DNA of 53,976 nt from a virus (IMGVR_UViG_3300030329_005429:1-53976); one strand, 5' to 3'. Positions 28,301 through 36,919 are shown, counted from the first letter of the stretch. Program-made: numbers and translations. Notes: generated from the sequence alone by a model not told the origin.

Positions 28301-31300
28301 AGATTGTCTAGGGCCCGCATCAAAATGCATATGCTTCCCTAGCAATGCTCCTGGACCATCTTCTGGTGCAGATATAATAAAGTTCTTGTTTTGACCACTT
28401 TCATTATCTGAAAAATGCAATCCTGCTTCTTTATTTATAGCTATCAAAACATCATCTCTAATAGGACTCCCCCCATCAAAATGCTCTATATTATCTGTAT
28501 TTTTCTTAATTTCCCAAGGCTTCTTTCTCAATCCAAAACCTTTAGGAATATCATCATTAGTTTTTAAGATGATAGTATTTAAGTTTCCATCAACAATATC
28601 AGGAATGTGTTTTAAATATTCAGGGTCAACAGAATGCCCATTAGTAAACCATACTTGCAATCTTTTATTTAATGATATAGGGTCATTTATAAAGCCTTCT
28701 CCAGCTATTTTCTTATAATTAGCAATATTAGGTTTTAATCCATTCATAGATAGATTATAAAATACATTAGAAACCATACCACGATTATATAGCTCATTAG
28801 CTTTTAAACTTCCACCTAAAAACTTGCTATATTTCATTCTAAAATCACGCATATCAGTATCTATATGATTTTTATCTAATTTCATAGATTTTATAATAAG
28901 GTCTTTATTATTATTTATTTCTTGATTAGTTAAAACCTCAGCTCTAGGATGCCATTTATTGTAAATCATAACCTCACTATCAGCTTTACCTCCAAAGTAA
29001 TACATTCCCTTGCCAAGCATTTCTTGATGCATATTACCAATTAATTCATTATAAGCTTTTTCAGCAGTTTCTCTGGCTTTTTTCTCTCCTATTTGAAATT
29101 TTAAATCATTATATATATTTTCTCTAAATTGTAATAATCCAACTTCTTTATTTACACCATTTCCACCTTTTTGAACTACTCCATCTACTCTAATAATAGG
29201 TCTTTGAGATGCATCAGTTATATCTACAGTGTTATTCATCTCTTTTCTATAAACTTCTTCAACATAGAAATTTACCATAGGAATACTTTTTCTATCTCCA
29301 GCCATATTCTGAGGACTTTCAGGGTCTAAATGGCTAATTTTAATATCTTTTATATCTTTAAAGGTAAAACTATCATTCTTTCCTTTTGTATAATTAAAGG
29401 TAACATATGGAGATGCTACAATCATATTCCTTTCGCCAATTCTTCTCTTTAGATAATTCCTGAAAAAGTTTCTTTCTGGGGCATTTTCATTAGACATATC
29501 AAATTTTTCACCATATCTATTTTTCATCCAATCAGAAAGTTCATTTATATCATCATTAAAGTTTTCAGCTTTTTCTAACAATTTTTGATGCAAGTCCTCT
29601 ATACTGACTTTTTTACGAGCAGCGTCTATACTACCATCTTTACGAATCCAAGAAAAGGAAAGATTATCTTCTGCCCAACTTTTAATACGAGGCATAGCAT
29701 CTATTTGAATCTGAACTCCAGTATCTTCTCTTTCAGCTATTGTCTCTAAAGCTTTTTCGACTTCTTCTCTAGCTTCCCCTAATTTAGGTTTATGAAGCTT
29801 TGCTATTTCATCTTGTAGAAATTTATAAGTTCTTGGCGCTCTTTGCGATAATTGAGACCTCTGAGTATTACCAAAGCCCTCAGTTGGAATTACAACAGGC
29901 TTATCTTTTGGTATTTTTTCTATAGCTTTTTGAATAACTCTTTTATTTAAAACAAAATCATCATCAGTAAAGAATGATTCATATCTTTCTCCTGGCAATC
30001 TTTTAGTAGGTATTCCGAAGGCATTTGGCTCATTTCTTACAGAAGCATTTCCTGATGAACCTCTCTTTAAAAAGTCATCTGCAAATATAAATACTTTATC
30101 CTTATTTTTCTGAACATACTCAGGAGTCATTTTGTCTATTGTGTAAAAATCTGGAGTTTTCTTAGAAAAAACTTTTGCCTCAGTTCTTTCTTCTAATATC
30201 TTAGAAACTTCTTCTTTTGATACAAAGCCTTTGTCTATAGCCTCTTTTAAGTAAGGATAGTCTTCTCCAAATCGCTTTATCATCTCTGTAACTTGAGTTT
30301 TTTGTATACTAGCTCTTGAATATTGTTCTACAACTTTTTTAGTTTCAGGAGACCAATCTTTTTGGAGCAAATCTTTTTCTAATTTTATAAGCATCTTATC
30401 AGCAGTTACCTCTTTTTGTAAATCCTGATATCTATATTTCATTGCAGTTCTTCTTGCAGAAGGAGATTCTTTAAATCCAAAATAAGCACCTAATAAGTAT
30501 TCATATATTTGCTCAGGAGCTGTAGCTCCTCTCATAGTAGAAGGAAGTCCTTGGAATAAAGCTCCAGCAATAGAGCCTAAGGCATTCTCTCCTAAAGCAT
30601 TTTCGCCTGGGATAGCAGATTTAAGAAGATTACCAATTCCCCTAAAAGCTCCCCCTGCTACTCCACCATGTATGAATGAATCAACCATAACATCCACACC
30701 TTTTGTCCAAGAAGAAACAGCGGATGCTGTACCTAAATGAAAAGCTCCTTCAGCCATATCTCTTGCAGTATCGTTATATAATAATTTAGATACAGTAGAA
30801 ACTGCTTCGCTTCTCTTTCCAATAGCAGTTGTAATAGCCTTAGCAGCATGTTTAGAAACAGGCTCTGTAACAGCTTTAGCAGCCATCATAGGTACTGACT
30901 TACCCTTTAAGTAAGAAAGTGCCCTTAAGACCCCTATACTGCTCTTAGCCGCTGCTCCTGGTATATAACCTACAAAACCACCAAGATGTCCTAAGCTACG
31001 AGCTATACCTTCCCATTGATTTTTAGGTTGCTCTCCTACTTCTAATGTAGTGAATCCTTCAATAAAACCAGAACCCGCTTGTTTTATCGATTCTAACATT
31101 TTAAATTCTTCATCGGAAGGGTCTCTATTGAACCACATACCATAATGATTTGCATGCTCTTCTATTTGAGAGACTAAATTTTCATTAAAATTCGAAGGTT
31201 TAGAATAATAATTCTTTATTAATCGCTTTGTTAAATCACGATTATATTGAGGTTTAAATTTGTATTCCTCTAGGTTATCCCCAGGTTGAATGTTTTCTGC

Positions 31301-31303
31301 CAT
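22370..31303 (-). CDS. Giant virion/ejection protein with double-psi beta-barrel RNA polymerase motifs (putative virion RNAP)
   Basis: GGADADGDK (D1390/D1392/D1394); RVP at R1351, 39 aa upstream; FDGG (D943), K990 and SAK (K1019) as candidate first-barrel residues; end of ejection-protein cluster. Confidence 0.8.
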   Translation of the reverse strand: MAENIQPGDNLEEYKFKPQYNRDLTKRLIKNYYSKPSNFNENLVSQIEEHANHYGMWFNRDPSDEEFKMLESIKQAGSGFIEGFTTLEVGEQPKNQWEGIARSLGHLGGFVGYIPGAAAKSSIGVLRALSYLKGKSVPMMAAKAVTEPVSKHAAKAITTAIGKRSEAVSTVSKLLYNDTARDMAEGAFHLGTASAVSSWTKGVDVMVDSFIHGGVAGGAFRGIGNLLKSAIPGENALGENALGSIAGALFQGLPSTMRGATAPEQIYEYLLGAYFGFKESPSARRTAMKYRYQDLQKEVTADKMLIKLEKDLLQKDWSPETKKVVEQYSRASIQKTQVTEMIKRFGEDYPYLKEAIDKGFVSKEEVSKILEERTEAKVFSKKTPDFYTIDKMTPEYVQKNKDKVFIFADDFLKRGSSGNASVRNEPNAFGIPTKRLPGERYESFFTDDDFVLNKRVIQKAIEKIPKDKPVVIPTEGFGNTQRSQLSQRAPRTYKFLQDEIAKLHKPKLGEAREEVEKALETIAEREDTGVQIQIDAMPRIKSWAEDNLSFSWIRKDGSIDAARKKVSIEDLHQKLLEKAENFNDDINELSDWMKNRYGEKFDMSNENAPERNFFRNYLKRRIGERNMIVASPYVTFNYTKGKNDSFTFKDIKDIKISHLDPESPQNMAGDRKSIPMVNFYVEEVYRKEMNNTVDITDASQRPIIRVDGVVQKGGNGVNKEVGLLQFRENIYNDLKFQIGEKKARETAEKAYNELIGNMHQEMLGKGMYYFGGKADSEVMIYNKWHPRAEVLTNQEINNNKDLIIKSMKLDKNHIDTDMRDFRMKYSKFLGGSLKANELYNRGMVSNVFYNLSMNGLKPNIANYKKIAGEGFINDPISLNKRLQVWFTNGHSVDPEYLKHIPDIVDGNLNTIILKTNDDIPKGFGLRKKPWEIKKNTDNIEHFDGGSPIRDDVLIAINKEAGLHFSDNESGQNKNFIISAPEDGPGALLGKHMHFDAGPRQSKAMESLGLHQMLPTTSAKQYGSRKGVFGKMKDGKFEFWDYDAKGKRFDVSQEQLMRDYMFQVNSKDLRVILSEVVSSKSGNKDQRLPKQIGSTLSTISPGVTPEIINEFFTDYNLKSFKGEDRYNKMLSEYLASKDPKLMKPLIDNIEKIGASELAEALTEPGFGDFQVEVYRKMLRINKDAESMAIEEGEKSEREYTDVMKEMNEYTSVSDRNLSLAGDHISVFLNKMNNPYREAILKNYIVHQVTRPKVPNSVASRMRVYDYEFQDNPLTKRLQTEKDIYFLDDGHRHKKHNYDNLIATLEASGILKSQIDSIRGTRNLGELWDLYNKTTNPVLKEEIPKFFEALTTRVPIDSISGTAALKFGGFTGRKGFGGLIHGEIMRKLGGADADGDKMWLFMDVKSKYKDVYNQNKDEFLRYYKKSQYGQKGKKDVLTPEEFSQLSKDKKINPDDWYEGVSDNKEGYRKDFTVTTGSNINLRRSPSLMYSMNHRKTISDIAADGRNRLGPAVVAKQNLIALYTDKINELADSESKTFDIDVGDKNKTTFTVKLKTEKTALKKALEKLRASIAFPSDPLDEIGIVNPELYYSRMFDSLFEVTSAKNKTGKMRTDKVTSFMKRKAVQNYSNINTAYYGKDIANNRQWRYHERKEKAGFINNIPADSRISFISKQADTLKDVDWQDGYQKRVNLDSVQQLYTDYNEEVRRPENKKIANAFYRGGFVVPFNKNIARFLQGRLEGDKLKQGEDFFSNDLSVMTGYKTGIEYWRQLPKEKLQELALEADAISKDSYLLNRESEGSYEYVIKDKKGEVSNINQAQKEALDKAKIEYTIESETPLPKRTRSVNQAETDAAISKYKESLTDLEQDAFDALLLSGFRIPYANELKTFYGLRNKKDKSFIEEIAMETSGKNINATGVNRLGFSSKSISDRMVSEYWDNYKKLFNETTDPISESLKKDLLEISRRMSEPVDVKVEDTSVKADLGEGREAKLETLRALDKIPAFRRVAENKNQKRVPLSSENQRLYNEILDHLDFYGPSIGLKVEGYMKNLFLKSPDAMTIEDMRAFNHLLGSRRSGQHLGWLGKQFVKWTKGDPILSKYFYNTFPMTSDKAWLRKDFKLVERIGMFWNPLDRKAETGIIYEPAHAMGQLNYAITNLGDFAMHEKRRQEDIFRDKLQFLNAITEGQELAELAAYQRELPVGLKLDAFKASDLSMNAKARTYGVKDGKLQDKILKRIAAVDKKVFNVRFGSKTKEMTGQQIMDEINKLYSKTTDNIYNKWLRGNPKTLSKYIYRDENGIEQARLELFTKDMMDAIKENIAIDKVLDIGVDGMNRIGTHLQLKMTRNPKLQSALRRRLEEMGTKYRKDFFPHVNFEGKHIEKALQSAMDDLANKNYTKTTKEGLISKAAALSLKMRNITDDFSLETWKQWGIYDDIVQKIKDKTADIIDYDKSVVKSGHQMARELHIPGYDRSPAAIEKYANNVMDAYYKNASQILSRMIVDNFEKSGKMKYTDKNGKITDKSAWDNIDAWTNHYKLFVNRSMGFPDILPDYMVNNPKMALKGTPYYWFADSTVKNRINKIAKKMGLGNKDLPPELQDIMTYDKLKHWSNLEAKYQLATLLAHPKTAIANIFGGTTMTVQSVGLRHWNKTRDIKWLSDNINTKWKSLEDTYKWVESLGIIEEFLRKEIGLSDYAKDKKVKEGLEMLVKKIKKDPSVKDKTLKEVWKRSGLSDSLFNKAAYFMRVSERRLRRDSFLAHYIQAKDMFKGAVDSAEHPFLIWWAKRGVKDTQFLYNAANRPAFAATSLGKIVSRFQLWAWNSVAFRNMVYKEAAERGYQKGTMEFERFKRVMSTDMMLFALANVFTYSIFENTLPAPLNWFQDFSDWIFGDEKERDRAFFGAYPKAIAPLQMVTPPALRLLPPTFKALLDDDWSRMGDYYAMTMLPFGRFARDVKIAAENPIQTVERMTGFPYIKMHKFVKEQREEE

Positions 31304-31306
31304 TCA

Positions 31307-32326
31307 TTAAAAGCCTGGTAACATTTGTTGAGAAACTCCTTGAAATAATCCACCCATACCACCACCGCCTTGGGCCATGCCACCTTGAGCATTGATAGCA
31401 GCTGTTTGAGGATTAGCAAGTCCTCCTGGGAATTGTACTCTACTAGGAATAGACGGAATAGGAGTTCCTTGTGCTAATCCCATAGGAGTTCCTTGTCCTA
31501 ATTGCAATACACTTCTAACAGGTCTAATAGTTTGAGTTTTCAAAAACTCTTCCATGCCTCTTATAAAATTCTTTTTAGGTATTTCTTTTACACCTGCTAT
31601 TCCTGAATGTTTATGGAACCAATGAGCAATTATTTTTTCATTACTAGCTTTGCTTCCATGTTGTCTTTGTTTTCTTATAAATTCATTCATAGATTTCATA
31701 GCATTAGGGTCTTTAGACATCCATCTCCAAGCTATTCCTGCCTCTTCTGGAGCTATGCCTATGCCAGGTTTCTTGCTAAATACTTTACCAGCACCTTTAA
31801 CATTAAAAGGCCATCCAAAGCTCTGTCTGAAAGCATTCCAAGCTGGAGATTTACTTGGAGCATTAAGAAGCCCACTAAAACCCTTACCAGCACCTTTTAT
31901 TCCAGCAGCACCAAAAGCAGCGCCTCCCAATCCTCTCATTAATTTCATAGGACCACCAAAAGGAACAGCCAGACCAGCTAATCCACCAATTCCTGTTGCA
32001 ACTCTTTCAGCTTGATTTAATGGAGTATATAATTCATTTGGCAATAATCCGAACATAGCAGTATCAGCAGCTGAAGCTAATCCTTTACCTACAGCTTTAG
32101 CCATATTTGTTTCAGTATCAGGCATTGGTAGTCCTGCTTCCATTGCTTGTTGTTCAAGCCACATTCTTTGGTCTCTACCATATTTACCAGGATTAATTCT
32201 ATAATCCCTTAATTTAGCTGATAATTTAGCTTTTTTCTTGGCATTAGCTTGTAATTGCATGTATAGCATTCTTTCTTGAGGGTCAGATGCCATCATTGGT
32301 ACATTTGCTATTGTTTCGTATGCCAT
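31307..32326 (-). CDS. Putative ejection (internal virion) protein
   Basis: Gly/Ala-rich amphipathic segment GLASAADTAMFGLLP...GIGGLAGLAVPFGG; upstream of the giant gene. Confidence 0.6.
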   Translation of the reverse strand: MAYETIANVPMMASDPQERMLYMQLQANAKKKAKLSAKLRDYRINPGKYGRDQRMWLEQQAMEAGLPMPDTETNMAKAVGKGLASAADTAMFGLLPNELYTPLNQAERVATGIGGLAGLAVPFGGPMKLMRGLGGAAFGAAGIKGAGKGFSGLLNAPSKSPAWNAFRQSFGWPFNVKGAGKVFSKKPGIGIAPEEAGIAWRWMSKDPNAMKSMNEFIRKQRQHGSKASNEKIIAHWFHKHSGIAGVKEIPKKNFIRGMEEFLKTQTIRPVRSVLQLGQGTPMGLAQGTPIPSIPSRVQFPGGLANPQTAAINAQGGMAQGGGGMGGLFQGVSQQMLPGF

Positions 32327-32336
32327 ATCCTACTCC

Positions 32337-33257
32337 TTATTTATATATATCATCAAATAAATCCATATCTGAAACTCCTAAATTATACTTTAAATCAGGA
32401 GCGTGGCCTAAATTCTTAGAATAAGGACCTAATTGATTTACTATTTTCATTAATCCACTATCAATCATAAATTTCCTATAATCATCGGGAGTTTCAAAGT
32501 CAACCCCTCTTAATTCATCCATAACTTTTTCAGATATTCTTTTTTGATGTGGCTCTATTTTATTTAAAAAGGCTGTTCTTCCAAACAAACCACTTTCATT
32601 AACTCTTCTTTGTGCTTCTCCAGGAGTTAATCCAAACTTTTGTTGATATCTATCAGCAATCATCTTCTGATACATATCTTCATTTAAAGGTATATTCCCA
32701 CCTTCAACTCTATATTGAGGAGTAGGAGCTTCTGTAGGAGCTTGTGATGCTAAACTATTTGCCAATGATTGCTCTACAGTAGTCTTTTTATTATACGGGT
32801 TAGCATCTGGGTCACCAGCCATAGCATAAGCATATGCAGAACTAGCTTGATTTAGCTTGTTTTGAGGCAAACTTGAAGTATTAGTAATAGGAGCATTATT
32901 AGGAGTTACAAAATTTTGATTTTGAGATACCCAATCATTATAAGCTTTTTGAGTCTCTGGTCCATAAATACCATCAGCAGATACTCCTAATTTCATTTGC
33001 AGATTGCTTAAATCTGATGGGCTAATTTTACTCAAATCTAAACCAGGTTGTATTCCAGTATATGGAGTAGGCTGTATATTCTTGGTATCTTCAATTTGAT
33101 TAAAAACAGGGTCTTCAAAGGTTATATCAGATGATATATTCCTTAACTCTTCCCCTATATCCTGCCTCATATTAGATTGAAATCTATCCTGCAATTCAGG
33201 GATTCTATTTGCAGCTTGATTTAAATAGCCGAATAATGTATCACTAGTTATAGCCAT
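32337..33257 (-). CDS. Putative ejection protein with peptidoglycan-binding-like motif
   Basis: LQMKLGVSADGIYGPETQKAY resembles the PG_binding_1 core. Confidence 0.6.
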   Translation of the reverse strand: MAITSDTLFGYLNQAANRIPELQDRFQSNMRQDIGEELRNISSDITFEDPVFNQIEDTKNIQPTPYTGIQPGLDLSKISPSDLSNLQMKLGVSADGIYGPETQKAYNDWVSQNQNFVTPNNAPITNTSSLPQNKLNQASSAYAYAMAGDPDANPYNKKTTVEQSLANSLASQAPTEAPTPQYRVEGGNIPLNEDMYQKMIADRYQQKFGLTPGEAQRRVNESGLFGRTAFLNKIEPHQKRISEKVMDELRGVDFETPDDYRKFMIDSGLMKIVNQLGPYSKNLGHAPDLKYNLGVSDMDLFDDIYK

Positions 33258-33893
33258 TTAAACTCCTTTTTTAGGTTGAGGCCTATAGCCATATTTAAAT
33301 GCATCCCACATACCCATAGGATTATCTTCTGTAAATTCACCAAATCCTTTAGCGCCTGTAAATCCTAACATTCCTGTTAGACCAGGCATTAACATATTAG
33401 CTCCCAATCCTAATACAGACTGATTCATTTGAGCTCTAGCAGCATCATTTTGAGATTTTGTATTTAAATAAGCTTCATTTGCCTGATTATATAATCCTGC
33501 AGCTCTATCTCCAGCTCCCATTGATAGTTTTTGCCCTTGCATCCACATATCCATAAGAGACTTATCTGTCTGTCCCATAGCTGAATCTAAGGCTCTTCTT
33601 CTAGAGGCTTCATTTTGAGCAAATCCAATACCTTGACTAGCTCCTGTCTGAGCAATACCTCTATTATTCATATTCATTGAAGTAGCTAAGTTATCTTGAG
33701 CTTGACGATTATATATATCAGAAAAGAAACTTCGACCCTGTTTATAATAATCAGAGTTAAAATCAGCATAATCCTCGGCTTGCTCATTCCATTTATCAAG
33801 GTACGGATTGCTTAATATTTTATTTTGTGCTGCAGAAGGGCTTTGAGTCGCTAAAAGATTCTTATTTGCCCATCTAGAAATGAAATTTCCCAT
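33258..33893 (-). CDS. Putative ejection/pilot protein
   Basis: Gln/Ala/Asn/Met-rich helical protein with Gly-rich hydrophobic tail. Confidence 0.6.
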   Translation of the reverse strand: MGNFISRWANKNLLATQSPSAAQNKILSNPYLDKWNEQAEDYADFNSDYYKQGRSFFSDIYNRQAQDNLATSMNMNNRGIAQTGASQGIGFAQNEASRRRALDSAMGQTDKSLMDMWMQGQKLSMGAGDRAAGLYNQANEAYLNTKSQNDAARAQMNQSVLGLGANMLMPGLTGMLGFTGAKGFGEFTEDNPMGMWDAFKYGYRPQPKKGV

Positions 33894-33916
33894 ATATTTT
33901 CCTTAAATCTCCTCGT

Positions 33917-33946
33917 AATGTAATTAAACTTTTACATCATTTGCAA
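33917..33946 (-). promoter_or_regulatory. Possible sigma70-type promoter for the ejection cluster
   Basis: TTGCAA-18 nt-TACATT upstream of ATG 33893; weak in AT-rich DNA. Confidence 0.25.
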
Positions 33947-34085
33947 CAGTATTTTCAGAATAATCCAACTGATTATCAGAACCCTCATCTCAGTTAGCTG
34001 CAAAGCCACAATTTCTACATTGATAATGGCAATTATGGACATGTACTACTTCAGCACATACCATGCATTTACTTTCTACTGCCAT
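33924..34085 (-). CDS. Small zinc-finger protein with in-frame UGA at codon 32 (candidate selenoprotein, 53 aa)
   Basis: AAGGA SD; MAVESKCMVCAEVVHVHNCHYQCRNCGFAAN-TGA-DEGSDNQLDYSENTVANDVKV-TAA. Confidence 0.6.
33959..33977 (-). promoter_or_regulatory. Candidate bacterial SECIS hairpin
   Basis: GAUAAUC-AGUUG-GAUUAUU starts 12 nt after the UGA; G at loop position 2 followed by U. Confidence 0.45.
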
Positions 34086-34099
34086 TTAATATACATCCT

Positions 34100-36919
34100 T
34101 TATGTTGATGAATCCCATTTAAATACTATTGAAGTATTAGTATCACCTGGCCAAACTGGAGTAGTTACTTTCAAAGCTATTATCTCACCTTTAGTTATAG
34201 AATTAGAACCAGTAACTCCTGATGTAAAATCCTCATGATGAGTTATATCATCAGCTATATCTACTGTGCTATCTTTTGCCATATATACTACGCCTGGAAC
34301 CTCAGTTTGGTCTGCTGATTTATATAATTTCCATTCTATATCTCCATCCATTGCAACTTCAGAACGAAATGAAGCTTTTATTATTTCTCCGTCATATGGA
34401 GCTACCATAGCTATATATTCATTTTGACCAGTCGTAGAAGTCCTCTCTATTACATACCCAGGTAATGGTACAAAGTTCCCAGTAGAAGTTGAATAGAAGT
34501 TACAAACTCTTATTTCATGAAATTCAGAGCTTGCTCCACCACCAGATAATGAATCTCCACTTGTAATTTGAATATCTTGACCACTCTCATTAGTATAATA
34601 CAAATCAGGTGTTACATTATTCTTTACCCATAATTGACCATAATTAGTTACTGAAGTAACAGCAGCAGCTGATTGTGCTATAAATAAGGGAACTTGAGTT
34701 TCTAATTTATCATCTTTAAATGCAAATATATCACTATCATCTCTACATACTAATATACCATTAGCATCATTGTAAATCTTATCATTATCTAATCTATCTC
34801 CAAATGCAATACCACCTTGTCCTAAAACTTCTAAAGAATCTTCTACGGTAACATATGAAGAATCAGAATCTAAAGTTAGCATAGATGCTCCACCAACAGC
34901 TATTGTTAATTGGTCTTGTTGGTCGTTTACAATGTAAATACCACCAGTTCCAAATACTCCATCAAAGCATAATTTTGAGGTGGCATTTATACCTATATTT
35001 AAATTACCATTCATAGCCATAAGCCTAGTAAAATTATTTAAATCGCTACCAGAACTTCCAGACGGAGTAACATTAAAGACAATATTACCACCCTCCGATG
35101 AACCTGTACTAGCACCACCGTAAAGTTGCAATCTATATCCACTTAAATTAGGGCCAGACCTTGGAGCAGCTTGTATTATACTATGCACTCCAGCAGAGCC
35201 AACTTCTAAAGTATCTCCTGCTAATTTAACCTCTAGGGAATGATGATTACCTATAGTAATATTTGAATCAATATTAGCTAATTCACCCTCTAATTCAGTA
35301 GTGCTTTTTATAAGGATTTGGTCAGTATGAGCTAGAGTCCCTGTATAATCAGGAAGAGTTAATGTTCTATCATCTGTATGATTAGATACTAATGTTAAAG
35401 TTTTGTCACTAGTAGCTCCATCAAAATCAAATGTTATATCACGATTTCCATTAGTTCTAAGTATGATAGGATTAGTAGCAGATTGAACGATTGCATTGCC
35501 ATTAAGTTGTAAATTACCACCTAATGTGGGAGAAGTATCATCTTGTATATTTAAATTAGAATCTAATACTATTTCTCCAGTAGTATCAGGAAAGGTTATA
35601 CTTCTATTGTCAGTTACATTAGATATTAAAGTCAACCTTTTGCCTGATGTAGTCCCATCAAAGTCTAACCAGAGCTCTCTATCGGTATTACATTTAAATT
35701 GTACTGCATCAGTGCCCTCTATATCTCCTATAGAATAGCTTCCTCCCCCAGGATTGGTTTTTAAATCTCCTCCTAATGAAGGGTCACTATCATCCCAAAT
35801 ACTAATAGTAGAATCTAAAACAACAGTCCCTGTACTATCTGGGAAGTTCCAAGTTCTATCTACAGTGGCACCAAATTCAAATGTTCCTTTCTTAGTATCT
35901 GTTATCCCAAGGAGATTAACTTTTAATTGTTTGCTACCCGTATTGAATGTAAATTGAGATTCGGGATGTTCAGTGCCTTTAGTGCCAAATTGTAAGCCTA
36001 TATCTGTATCGCTTCCTACAGCCTCTATCATAGGAGCGTATCCAGTAGCAGCATTTATTATTTCTATATGATTTACAGCACTAGCAGTAGCTTCAAATTC
36101 AATCAATTCATTATCATTAGAATCTAAAATAGGGCTACTTTCATCTATACTGGTTCCACCAGAAACTGTTTGCCAAGTTCCGTCTTTTCTTAAAAATTTA
36201 TTAGAATGAGTTGCTGACCCTGAAAGAACTAATCCAGCAGCATATGAATTACCTGAACCCATAGCTGAATATTGTGTATCAGTAGGAACAATCCAACTAC
36301 CATCCTGTCGTAAGAACTTTGTAGTCCCTGATTCACCAGGATTGGGTACTAATCCATCAGCGCTATTTCCAAAGGTCGAAGTAGTCGCTAACCCTGCTTC
36401 AGAAGCGCTTTGATTAATCCATTTACTTGAACTTGAATCGTATGCTAAAATATCATTATCAGCAATGTCTGTAATAGTTGTATCTGTTAAATCAGAAACT
36501 CCTGTCGAACCTGAGAAAAGAGTACTTAAAGTTGATTGCGCTACAGTTTTAGTAGATGTTTGAGCACCCCAAAAGAAACCTGTAGTATCAGTTCCATAAA
36601 AAGTATCTAGAAAGTAAAAATTGTCATCATCTATAACAATTACATTATGGTATCCATTGTACTGATTTTGTCCTGATTTTATGTAAACAGTTAGATTACT
36701 ATATGGTATCCCGTGGTCAGTTTTGGTTGCCTTTATAGCGCCAGTTACAGTAGCTCCATAGTCTGAAAAAGTTACTGATTGAGGTATCTCAACTACAAAT
36801 AAAGATTCCACAGGTACACTTGTAACCGTCTCTGCTTCAATTATATTTATATCTCTAGCATCGGCTAATTTAAATGCTCCACCGCCTGCTTGTATTAACT
36901 TACCAGCTATACTTGGCAT
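34100..36919 (-). CDS. Tail fibre/receptor-binding protein with internal repeats
   Basis: 939 aa, Gly/Ser/Thr/Asp-rich; FLRxDGxW x2, (D/N)RxxxxPDxTG x3, DDxxPxLGGxL x2. Confidence 0.75.
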   Translation of the reverse strand: MPSIAGKLIQAGGGAFKLADARDINIIEAETVTSVPVESLFVVEIPQSVTFSDYGATVTGAIKATKTDHGIPYSNLTVYIKSGQNQYNGYHNVIVIDDDNFYFLDTFYGTDTTGFFWGAQTSTKTVAQSTLSTLFSGSTGVSDLTDTTITDIADNDILAYDSSSSKWINQSASEAGLATTSTFGNSADGLVPNPGESGTTKFLRQDGSWIVPTDTQYSAMGSGNSYAAGLVLSGSATHSNKFLRKDGTWQTVSGGTSIDESSPILDSNDNELIEFEATASAVNHIEIINAATGYAPMIEAVGSDTDIGLQFGTKGTEHPESQFTFNTGSKQLKVNLLGITDTKKGTFEFGATVDRTWNFPDSTGTVVLDSTISIWDDSDPSLGGDLKTNPGGGSYSIGDIEGTDAVQFKCNTDRELWLDFDGTTSGKRLTLISNVTDNRSITFPDTTGEIVLDSNLNIQDDTSPTLGGNLQLNGNAIVQSATNPIILRTNGNRDITFDFDGATSDKTLTLVSNHTDDRTLTLPDYTGTLAHTDQILIKSTTELEGELANIDSNITIGNHHSLEVKLAGDTLEVGSAGVHSIIQAAPRSGPNLSGYRLQLYGGASTGSSEGGNIVFNVTPSGSSGSDLNNFTRLMAMNGNLNIGINATSKLCFDGVFGTGGIYIVNDQQDQLTIAVGGASMLTLDSDSSYVTVEDSLEVLGQGGIAFGDRLDNDKIYNDANGILVCRDDSDIFAFKDDKLETQVPLFIAQSAAAVTSVTNYGQLWVKNNVTPDLYYTNESGQDIQITSGDSLSGGGASSEFHEIRVCNFYSTSTGNFVPLPGYVIERTSTTGQNEYIAMVAPYDGEIIKASFRSEVAMDGDIEWKLYKSADQTEVPGVVYMAKDSTVDIADDITHHEDFTSGVTGSNSITKGEIIALKVTTPVWPGDTNTSIVFKWDSST

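Noticed and set aside
33990-33992. Genome-wide UGA reassignment (code 4 or 25)
   Set aside because: Several genes end in TGA with ATGA-coupled downstream starts, and long genes use TGG for Trp without interruption
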